Assembly (NCBI GenBank): GCA_054661495.1
Contig: BAAFSQ010000223.1
Coordinates: 1 to 16,327 of the forward strand
Source: Zygophlyctis sp. KS116
Lineage: Eukaryota; Fungi; Chytridiomycota
Length of the DNA: 16,327 nt
Direction of reading: 5' to 3'
The notes under the pieces were generated by a model. That model searched no databases, had not been told where the DNA came from, and saw only the letters and a program-made list of their open reading frames with translations. Positions within the stretch are counted from its first letter, which is position 1, and each line of letters starts with the position of its first letter. The position numbers and the translations under genes were made by a program. Shown here piece after piece: positions 1 to 9,019 of this stretch.

Positions 1-16
1 CAATAGATGATTTTAT

Positions 17-1003
17 TTAGCTACCAAATAATAGAGCAATCTTTGAGACGGTCTCCAGATCAACTTGACAAGTGTGAACTTTGGTATGACAAATTATAGG
101 GTAATTCATCGGAAGTTTCAAACTGCAAGAAAACATTCGTTGATAATCCTTTTGAACCTTTTGGCTCCATTTAGTATAACCTTCAAACTGCTCATAAGCA
201 TTCACAAAGTCCAAGATATCCTTTTCCAACAATAGTTTTGAACTAGACCCATGATGAACGCATTCATTTAAAGAATAGCCAATATTGGGAGGTCCAAATG
301 CCTGATAAATCCTGCCGCAAAGTTTCCCTTCTAGTTGAAAAATGAGCATGGAAAATGCATGGGCAAATGAACTTTTCGAGTAAGGGAAACGGTGAGCATG
401 CAAGTCCGAAAGCACAACAGAGAACAGGAATAACTGGGTGGGTTGCTGCAACACAATTTTGATTTCAGCAGAAAGTAATCCAGTGTTTGGAGAAGCATAT
501 TCCATTCCAACAAAAGCTCCAGCAGTTATTGCTAAACAGTTAGCCGACTGCTTAAGTGAATTGATATCATAAGTAGAGGTTAGCATTCGCAGAAGAGTCG
601 CTGCCAGCTTGCAACTGTGCAGTGGAGTATTAGCAGAATTTCCCAACCCGTAAAATGGGTGAGCTTTTGCAAGCCGAAAGATTGATTCGTCATTTTCAAG
701 GTCGTAGTCTCCAAAACGACCACCAAGAACATGGGTAATAGCCAGTAAATTCCTCTGGAACGAACTATTCAGTAATCCGACCAAAATTTGGTGAAATTTA
801 AGAGTTAAATCATTTGAAGGAGAGAGAGAACTTTCTGTAGAGCTTTGGCTATTTGCAGTATCCTTTTGATCTTTAATTTGAACAACAATCTCTCGCACTA
901 GCTTCGTAGTCACATCCGGATACTTCATTTGTAGAATGGTTTTGATTTTTTTGATTCCATGATCAGGATTGGTACGCAAGATACTCTGAATTTCTAGTTC
1001 CAT
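17..1003 (-). CDS. Intronless hypothetical protein (328 aa): small N-terminal helical module plus a putative papain-fold Cys-His-Gln domain
   Basis: Uninterrupted ORF. The first ATG is at 1003 (MELEIQ...); the track's start at 1036 is not an ATG. Motifs are SCKLAATLLRML, AHAFSMLI and RIYQAFG. The CDS is well supported; the function is inference. Confidence 0.8.
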   Translation of the reverse strand: MELEIQSILRTNPDHGIKKIKTILQMKYPDVTTKLVREIVVQIKDQKDTANSQSSTESSLSPSNDLTLKFHQILVGLLNSSFQRNLLAITHVLGGRFGDYDLENDESIFRLAKAHPFYGLGNSANTPLHSCKLAATLLRMLTSTYDINSLKQSANCLAITAGAFVGMEYASPNTGLLSAEIKIVLQQPTQLFLFSVVLSDLHAHRFPYSKSSFAHAFSMLIFQLEGKLCGRIYQAFGPPNIGYSLNECVHHGSSSKLLLEKDILDFVNAYEQFEGYTKWSQKVQKDYQRMFSCSLKLPMNYPIICHTKVHTCQVDLETVSKIALLFGS

Positions 1004-1350
1004 TAAGAGTTTAAGAAGAAAAATGTACAAGATCACCTAAACTAAATTAGCCTGTTTGGGCCTCAAACAATCAACCTTCTTGAATCTTTGAGAAGTCCAA
1101 AGCATTGGATTTTCCATATATTTCAGTTGATGCAATCTTTGAAAAATGTATGAAATATGTTCTTGATCGGCGATTGAAGAATTGGACCGATTCCGTTACT
1201 TTTACGTTACTTGAATTTGACTCTATCAACTAATGCATTGATCCGGCAGCGCTTGTATTAACAAGACTAAAGTGGTGCCATAATTTACATAGTGTCCGAT
1301 TTTCCTATAATTCGTAAGTTGATTTGAACACTCCGACGATAAATTCTCAA
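1004..1350. promoter_or_regulatory. Divergent intergenic region (orphan gene / APE1), probable bidirectional promoter
   Basis: Lies between head-to-head starts and has no long ORF. Positional inference only. Confidence 0.5.
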
Positions 1351-2197
1351 ATGATGACCAAACGTCAAAAGCTAAACAGCTGCAAATTTATGAGCTGGAA
1401 TGTCTCTGGCCTCAATGCAAGTATTAAGAAAGGCTCAAAAGATGTTATAATCAAACACGATCCAGACTTGCTCTGTCTGTAATTTAAACCGATTAATTCA
1501 AGTCAGGAAATTAAGATAAACTCTGGCCCAGAGGATTTCTTAGTCAAGGAATATCCCTTTCAGTATTGGTTACCATGCTCTGTTAAAAAAGGATATGCCG
1601 GTTCATGTGTCTTGTCAAAGGTCAAACCTTTACAGGTAACAAATGAAATTCCCGGTTTCGAGGGAGAAGGAAGAACCATTACATTGGAATTTGAAGGCTT
1701 TGTTTTTATTGCATCTTATGTTCCAAATTCAGGAATGAAATTAGAAAGACTTGATCATAAAATTCAATTTTCTAAAGGAATGGTAGAGTACATTTCTAGT
1801 TTATCTAAACCTGTAATTTGGGGTGGAGATTTGAATGTAGCTCATAAAGAAATTGATCTAGCAAGACCAAAAACTAATAAGAAAACTCCTGGTTTTACTG
1901 ATCAGGAACGTGAAGAGTTTACAAATTGGTTGGAAAAGTTGGATTTGGTAGATACATACAGAGAGTTACATCCTAAAGTTTTGGATGTTTATACTTATTA
2001 TTCTTATAGATTTTCTTGTCATTCAAAGAATTTAGGATGGAGATTGGATTATTTTTTGGTTAGTAAATCACTTTTTTCAAAAGTAGTTTCTTCAGATATT
2101 ATATCTCAAGGTATTTTATATCTCAGCTAAGTAGATTATAGATTATGGAGCTAGTGATCATGTTCCAATAACCATTGTATTCAATATGAATATATAA
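1351..2197 (+). CDS. APEX1: AP endonuclease, APE1/exonuclease III (Xth) family, 263 aa
   Basis: Exons 1351-1478, 1503-2110, 2142-2197; introns 1479-1502 (24 nt) and 2111-2141 (31 nt). Splicing restores the full motif set: SWNVSG, LCLQEIK, KKGYAG, YVPNSG, GDLNVAH, GWRLDYFLVS, ASDHVPI. No C-terminal zf-GRF domain, so it is not Apn2/APE2 type. Confidence 0.93.
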
Positions 2198-2198
2198 T

Positions 2199-4135
2199 CT
2201 AAAGATCCATTTTGTTGATAAGTTCACTTATGATGTTTTTGTACTCCCATGAATTACCAGTAAGACGTTTCATACGAAGTCCATTTACAGATAATCTAGG
2301 AATTTTGCAAATTTCAATTTCAAATTCAATTCCATTTGACATGCATGTAGTTAAAAATTTGTCTTGTCTAAATTCGATTTGTCCTTCATTCAAAACACGA
2401 TGAAGTTCTGATAGAATGTGTTGTGTATCCTTGTACGATGTATTTGATACGGAAAATGTAAATCGGAGAGATCTTGGTTCATCCGGATTCTTTTCAAGGC
2501 TTTTATTTGAAATTTGATTATGCTGAATGTCCATTGAAACGACATCTGAAGTTCCTACAGTTTTTGAGCGATCTCTTCGCTTTGCAGCTATTGGAGGTAA
2601 TGATGGCGGACTGCCTTTTTGGCTTGGTAATTGGATGCTAGGTATTTTATCCTGCTCGGAGGGAACATTTTGTATCTGACTAGTTTGTGGTTGAATTCCG
2701 GCTGAAACTGTTGAACTTCTTCCTCTACCAGTAACAACTGGAGGTGAATTGCTTGGGCTTCTCGTATGTGAAATTGATGTTTCGGGTTGAGATTCCTTGG
2801 CAAGCTTTTCTGCGTGTGCTCTTGTAGCTGCATTTGCCGCAGCAGTAGCTGCAGTTGATGCATCTTCTGAAGCTCTTCTACCACGTCTACCAGTCGCCGA
2901 TGATATTCTAGATCTTACATCAGGGATATTGGATGCATTTGGATTAAGAAGCTTCGGGGGTGTATTCGGCACAGCAGGATCTTCCTCGTTGATTCCAGGG
3001 AGTTCAGAAGGACTTTGAATTTTCAATTCAGTTGATAAAACATCTAATGACTTTGGTAGTTCTTTTACAGAGGAGACTGTCCTAGATTCTTTATCCTTTT
3101 TAGTTTCTCTATCTGCAATCAAATAATAACATGCTTGAAAATGATTGTAGATGTTTTCTTTCATTGCAGTCTCGACATCATTTCTATCTAATCCAATTTT
3201 ATCCAATTCCCTCATTATCCTTTGGTGCATTTCGGGACTGATTATTAAGTCAGATTTATCTGGTAATTGAACAGCTTCTGCTTCTTGATTTAACCATGGA
3301 TCTTCCTTCAAAGAAGCCAGACTAATGCGCATTGTCGGCTCTACAACAATCATTTTTCTGATCAGAGATTCACATTCTTTAGACATATGATATGGAGCTT
3401 TAAACTTTCCTGATAAGATTTTGGCACGCAGCTTTGGAAGACTACTACCATCAAAAGGTAAAGAACCACAAACTAGAACGTATAGGATTACACCTAATGA
3501 CCAAATATCAACTTCCGGACCAAAATATTCCTGGCCTAGATATAATTCAGGACATGCATAAGGAGGAGATCCACACCAAGTGTTTAATTTTGAATCATCT
3601 CTAAATTGTGTACTGAACCCAAAATCTGCAACCTTGACATTCATTTTATCATCTAGTAGAATGTTTTCAGCCTTTAGATCCCTGTGAATTATTTTCAAAT
3701 TATGGCAATGATCGACTGCAGAAACTATTTGTCTAAAGTGTTTTTTTGCAACATCTTCCTTCATTTTACCATGTGCAACCAAATAATCAAATATTTCACC
3801 TCCTTTAACGTATTCCATAATCAAATATAGCTCATCTGGTGTATCTATGACTTCATATAGCTTGACTATGTGAGGATGGTTTAGCAACTTCATTATCCTA
3901 ACTTCTCTAAACAGTTTTTTGGAGCTAGCCTCATCCAGTTTGGTTTTATCAATGATCTTGATTGCAACCTTTTATTATTTGGATCATAACTTACCTTTTC
4001 TTTGGTGATTGTATGAACTGCTAGTTTCACTTTTGCGAAATTTCCTTCACCAAGATTTCTTTCAAAGTTGTAATATCCGATATTTCCTGGTTTGAATGAT
4101 TTCAGAGAGTTTTCAGTAAGTGTCTTTGATGACAT
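2199..4135 (-). CDS. MARK: AMPK-related Ser/Thr kinase, MARK/PAR-1/Kin1 family (kinase-UBA-spacer-KA1), 636 aa
   Basis: Exons 4135-3995 and 3968-2199. The 26-nt intron at 3969-3994 (GTAAGT...AAAG) joins TKEK|VAIK. Motifs: GEGNFAKV, HRDLKAEN, DFG, CGSPPY; UBA-like IGLDRNDV...YYLI; C-terminal KA1 (PRSLRFTFS...FEIEICK...KRLTGNSWEYKNI). Confidence 0.93.
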
Positions 4136-4316
4136 TTGGATGCGATTATATAAACAGCTATTGTTTGTTTACGATGACACATTTGCTGGCAAAGAGTAAT
4201 ATAATTAGAATCATGGCTATTCTAGTAACTTGAATATGATGGCAAGATGAACTATCAAGGATATCAGGTCTTAATAATCTCCGTAAACGTCATCCACATA
4301 CTTAATACTAGTAACA
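4136..4316. promoter_or_regulatory. 181-bp divergent promoter (MARK / SPAG8-like) with forkhead-like and RFX half-site-like motifs
   Basis: Head-to-head starts; ATAAACA at 4150-4156, TGTTTAC at 4166-4172, CTAGTAAC at 4222-4229 and 4308-4315. Confidence 0.5.
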
Positions 4317-5088
4317 ATGATAAATCATGGCACCGATTGGAATAGACATAGAGGAGTCGGAGCAACTCTTTTAGAAAACTGGGTTGAAGAAAGAGCAGTT
4401 GGTGATTTGATCTTGGAGGAGAGATCTGATCTCCCCCATCTTAGTAGAGCTGGTCATAAAGTAATTAATCATTATAATTAATTTAAGAATCTGATTGTTC
4501 ATTCTCAAGAGCATGCTAGCTTTACTACTAATAATCGTGATAATTTCAAAGTTACTCCAAGATTAGCTAAAAGAATGATTGGAAAAAGACGTCAACTGTT
4601 AGAAGAAGAAATTTTAAAGATAACATTGTAAGCATCAATTTAATTCTCAAAATAAGACATGAACTGGAAGAGCCTCCTCAAGATCGATCAGCACAAGGTT
4701 GGGTATCAACCACTTATTCAGATTTTTCTCGATCAGACGTATACAAACCTTTTAAGGGTCTCGGACAAGAAACTCCTTCAAAGGTAATTAGAATTTCAAA
4801 TTTAGGATTTAGGAACAATCTGAAAAATATAGTAGACCGATTACATTCTGGACAGACTTTGCTGTCAAAGGAAGTGGCACCGCAATTTGTTCAACAAATG
4901 CTGTAGAACTTCAAAATAGAGGTGGTCTAGAATCTTATGACAATAATGGATCACCTGTAGTTGGGCTTAGAGCGTGTCAGGTGTATCAAGATCATGCTTC
5001 AGCTGCAGCAGTAAGATTTGGACGACATGCAGCGTTTACGACACCAATCAAAGAAAGTCTAACTGATTTCCATCAGGAGTCAAATTAA
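4317..5088 (+). CDS. SPAG8: SPAG8/CFAP143-like ciliary microtubule inner protein, 228 aa
   Basis: Exons 4317-4460, 4488-4627, 4657-4783, 4813-5088; introns of 27, 29 and 29 nt. Spliced product: MINHGTDWNRHRGVGATLLENWVEERAVG...RAGHK|NLI...IGKRRQLLEEE...VSTTYSDF...RPITFWTD...RFGRHAAFTTPIKESL. These blocks are collinear with SPAG8 as I recall it (LLxNWxEER, GH, GKRxxxLE, TFW, FxxxxxFSTP). Confidence 0.78.
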
Positions 5089-5606
5089 AATAAATCATGT
5101 CCTGATCAACTCTTTTCATGTACCGCTGTCTAAAGCTTGAGATGTTTCCATGGCTGTCTACTAATTCATGCGCATTTTCTTGCGTTTGTATTGTTGAAGC
5201 GAAAAGAGATCATATGCGTGGGGGCGGCACAAGATTTGCTTGGATTTGAAGTTATGGCAGAGATTACTCATTTGAACTCGGTCTATGGAATCGTTAACAA
5301 CTATTTCCAGTGGAATTTCTTGCGTAGTTTTGATGAAAAGATTGAATTAGAGGTTTGCGTTATAGAAATGGATACCGCTGGAACATTTAAAGCGTCTCTC
5401 TTGAAGATCACTTCCAAAATCTATGCTAGGCTGTCTGATTGAAATAAATGTTTTTTAAGAAACTACAATAATGGTAATGTTTAAGTATGGAGAGAACTTT
5501 CCATTTTTTAGTATAAGACCTTATATTTCAATGAATATATTATTTACAGTAGCTGATATGCGATAGTGCAGACCTTTTTTGGTCTTATAGAAGGATTAGA
5601 ATTCGT

Positions 5607-7849
5607 TTAACCATTTTTTCTCTTTAAGTAGCGTTGTCGATATTCTGCGTGCTTCTTTTCTCTTGCCAATTCTTTCATTTTCTCGAGCGTTTTAGTATTG
5701 TCATTGGTAGAATGTTGTAATGGATAATCACCATCTTGAGTGTGAACTATTTCTTTCTTATGTACGACATCAATGAATTCCTCAACCCGCTCGAATTCTA
5801 AATGATTTCCAGAGGTGCCTTCACCAGGGATTTCATCTTCTTGGGTTGCAGCCCACCCCGGAGTACCCCCATCAATAGCGCCGAGGTTAGAACCACTTAA
5901 CTTGGTAAGATCCATGAGTTTAACTCTGCCAAGAAGCACTGAAACCATACTGAAATCAATTCTACTTACTACTCTCATTTGTGCCCTATTGACGAATTGT
6001 ATATCATTGTAAATAACCCAATTTGGAGCATCAGAGAAGAGAGATGATTGTGGCCCAATATGCAGAGCCATCATATTTGACGATAAAGATTCATGATTTC
6101 CAACAACAGACAAATAAGGATAATAGTATGATTTTTGTGGATGCTTTTTTCCAGTATGAACGTAGTAGGAGGTACATAAAGCTTTGATAATAGGAATATG
6201 ATCTACTGTGTCTTTTTTTGACCTAGGGCACTTATGGATATGTAGCCTTATTCTATTCATAATATCCAATAACTGATCACGAACTCTCGAAGCATTTTTA
6301 ATTGCCCGATAATGAATGAAATTATCAAAACACCAATCTTTTGAGCAATCATTCATCTTCCAAGCTTCAAAAACGTTCAATAGTGTCAGATGATCACCAG
6401 TATGATGTTGGAATTTCTTCTTGACATGATCTGCCATAGCCTGTTTCTTTTTTGAACGTGGTGAAACAAAAACATCTTCTACAGAAAGCATTGAAGCTAT
6501 TGTAAGCATATCTGAAGAGCAATGGAAATCTACAGAAGAAGAAATTAATGCTCGAGAAAGAAATGGAGAAATCGGAAACTCTGCAATCTGCATCCCTAAA
6601 TGTGTCAAGTTACCATCTTCATCCACTGCTCCAAGAAGAAATAGATCCTTTACTGCCGCTAAAATCAATTCTGGATCTGGTGGATCAATAAATTCAAAAT
6701 TCAAAACATCATGTATCCCCATCTTTTTCAGTGTCAATACCGTACTTATCAGAGAAGATCTTTGAATTTCAGGAACAGTATCCTCTTCCATTTTTTCAAA
6801 ATCTTCTCTAGAATAAAGTCTAAAAACCTTTCCATCTTGTGTTCTTCCAGCCCGACCAGCTCTTTGAGTAGCCGCCGCCTGAGATATTGGAACTACAACT
6901 AATGCATCCATATGAGTTTTATGATCATACAAGACCTGTTTTACAAATCCACAATCAACAACAAATGTAATTCCCGGAACTGTAACTGAAGTCTGCGCAA
7001 TATTTGTACTTAAAACAACTTTTCTTTTACCTCTTGGCGCAGGATCAAAAATCAACCGCTGCTCTAAAGTCTCTAAAGAAGAATAAATTGGATATAATTC
7101 TAAATCTTGCCCATCTTGATCCTCTTGTAAACTTTTAATTGCATTTTCAATCTCTTGTTGCCCTGTTAAAAACACCAAAATATCTCCAAATCCATGATTT
7201 TTATGAATATACAATACAGTATCTATTGCTCTTTGTAAATATGAAGATTTCAAATATTTAGAATTCATCTATAATTTTAAAACTAAGAATATACTTTTTT
7301 TTGCCAAAATATATCTATATGAAACATTCTCCCAGGAATAGAAAAAACTGGACAATTTCCAAAAAAATCTGAAAATTTCTCTATATCTAGCGTAGCAGAC
7401 ATTATCAAAACTTTTAAATCTGATCTAATCTTTTGAGCTCTTCTTAATAATCCAAATAAAATATCAGTATCTAAACTCCGTTCATGTGCTTCATCTAGTA
7501 TAATAGTATCAAAATCCTTTAAATTCGAATCCATTAAAGCTAATCTAACCATTGTCCCATCTGTTAAATAAGTGATTCTAGTATTTTTCGAGGAATTAGA
7601 TTCAAATCTAAATCGATACCCGACTAAATCCCCCAATCCAGATTTCAATTCTTGAGCAACTCTTTTAGCAGCAGATAAAGCAGCGATCCTCCTTGGTTGA
7701 GTTATACCAATCCTAAAATCTTTTAAATCCAATAGATATTGAGGAATTTGAGTAGTTTTACCAGATCCGGTATCACCGACAATAACTAGAGTCTGATATT
7801 TAGAGAATGCATCTAGAAGCTGTTCCTTGTACTCAAATATAGGAAGCAT
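5607..7849 (-). CDS. DEAH-box ATP-dependent RNA helicase (DHX40/Prp22-like), 738 aa
   Basis: Exons 7849-7295 and 7268-5607; 26-nt intron at 7269-7294. Motifs: GDTGSGKTT, TQPRRIAA, TDG, DEAHER, SAT, FLTGQQEI, STNIAQTSVT, QRAGRAGR, followed by WH/HA2/OB-like region (GDHLTLLNVF). No N-terminal S1 extension. Confidence 0.93.
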
Positions 7850-8163
7850 AAATCCTTTGGCACTTGACTAGGTGCAGTGTATGACTTTAACCAATCCCAA
7901 TGATTCAAATAACGGATGCATGCCATGTAAAATAGTCTCAACTGTTACTTGTCTCTCTCTAGCAGTATATTTCCAAAAGTGTCATAAAACTCCAAGAATT
8001 AGATCTCATTCACTCATTCTCAATACCTGCTCATTGGGTACTATTTAAAAATCTAATTATAGGATTCACTGCATTGGGATTGCATCTGTTCCAAAAATAA
8101 CTCTTAATCTAAAAATAGAAATACAAGACTGGGAAATCTATTAATAGATAGATTAGTTAAAAA
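7850..8163. promoter_or_regulatory. Divergent intergenic region (DEAH helicase / WSC-SH3 gene)
   Basis: Head-to-head starts; carries an inverted pair of the 11-mer CAATCCCAATG / CATTGGGATTG at about 7892 and about 8072. Confidence 0.45.
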
Positions 8164-8952
8164 ATGTTTTATTTCGCTCTACTGACGCTTGTACAAGCAT
8201 ATAATCTGACAGACTGTGTCTCTTATGATTTTAGATTTACTCCTTCTAATACTAGCATAATCAGGACTGTTTTGGATTGTGAGAATTACTGTTTGTTGAG
8301 CAATTCTACACTATTTCTAATACAGAAAACTGAATGTTCCTGTTATAAATCTAGAGATCCTCAATGGACAAGTAGGCCAAATGAATGTTCTTTTTCATGT
8401 GCGGATGGACCTTGTGGTAGAGATGCTAGATCTTCATTGTATACTGTAGATCAAAGGAGAAATATTGTTTCTGAACCTCCTCAAGTAAATACTATTTCTC
8501 TTGGATCTGGAGATGGTCAAGATGTTCGAAATACTATAAGGATTGCTTCTATAACTGTCGGTGTAATTGTATTTTTGATTTTGGTTGGAGTTGGAATCTA
8601 TTGTTTAAGTAAAAGGAAAAAGAGTTTAAAGATTCCTCAAATTGAATCTGCAAGTATAGAAAATGCTACAGTTAAATTTCTAATTCAAGATTTATTGCCA
8701 GTGGCACCTACAGGATTATACTCTGTTATTTCTAATTTTACTCCGCATAGGCTAGATGAAATTTCACTTACTATAGATCAAGTAGTAGCTATAAAAGAAG
8801 CTTATTCAGATAAATGGGCTAAAGGGACAAATGTTACTACAGGAAATCAAGGATTCTTTCCTTTAACAGTCTTGATTTCTGATGAAAAATATTTAAAAAA
8901 GGGAATAGAGATTCCTAAAAGAGTAAAGTCTTTGAAAGTCTCTCATTCTTAA
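8164..8952 (+). CDS. Type I membrane protein: signal peptide - WSC-like domain - TM - SH3, 262 aa
   Basis: Hydrophobic N-terminus MFYFALLTLVQA; 8-Cys WSC-like pattern (C...CxxxC...CxC...CxxxC...CG...LY); TM ITVGVIVFLILVGVGIYCL followed by SKRKK; SH3-like YSVISNFTP..DEISL...DKWAKG...GFFPLTVL. Intronless. Confidence 0.85.
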   Translation: MFYFALLTLVQAYNLTDCVSYDFRFTPSNTSIIRTVLDCENYCLLSNSTLFLIQKTECSCYKSRDPQWTSRPNECSFSCADGPCGRDARSSLYTVDQRRNIVSEPPQVNTISLGSGDGQDVRNTIRIASITVGVIVFLILVGVGIYCLSKRKKSLKIPQIESASIENATVKFLIQDLLPVAPTGLYSVISNFTPHRLDEISLTIDQVVAIKEAYSDKWAKGTNVTTGNQGFFPLTVLISDEKYLKKGIEIPKRVKSLKVSHS

Positions 8953-9019
8953 TTATGGTTTGGATTTTTCTAAAGAATTCAAAGGATTTACTAAAGTTGT
9001 GATTTAAAGTAGATTTAAT

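Noticed and set aside
331-513. 60-aa alternative-frame ORF
   Set aside because: Nested within the longer orphan CDS, with no motifs.
2810-2870. GCA/GCT-rich tract as a DNA repeat
   Set aside because: Encodes the Ala-rich low-complexity spacer of MARK.
2212-3018. Track ORFs 2212-2403 (+), 2588-2884 (-) and 2797-3018 (+)
   Set aside because: Antisense or alternative-frame shadows of the MARK CDS.
5137-5442. 101-aa ORF as a gene
   Set aside because: Starts at TTG and has no recognisable domain; kept only as part of the unexplained-gap finding.
5512-5589. 9-bp inverted repeat TATAAGACC / GGTCTTATA as a MITE
   Set aside because: Too short, no convincing target-site duplication, and single copy in the window.
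5815-6902. Track ORFs 5815-6012 and 6711-6902 (+)
   Set aside because: Antisense shadows of the helicase CDS.
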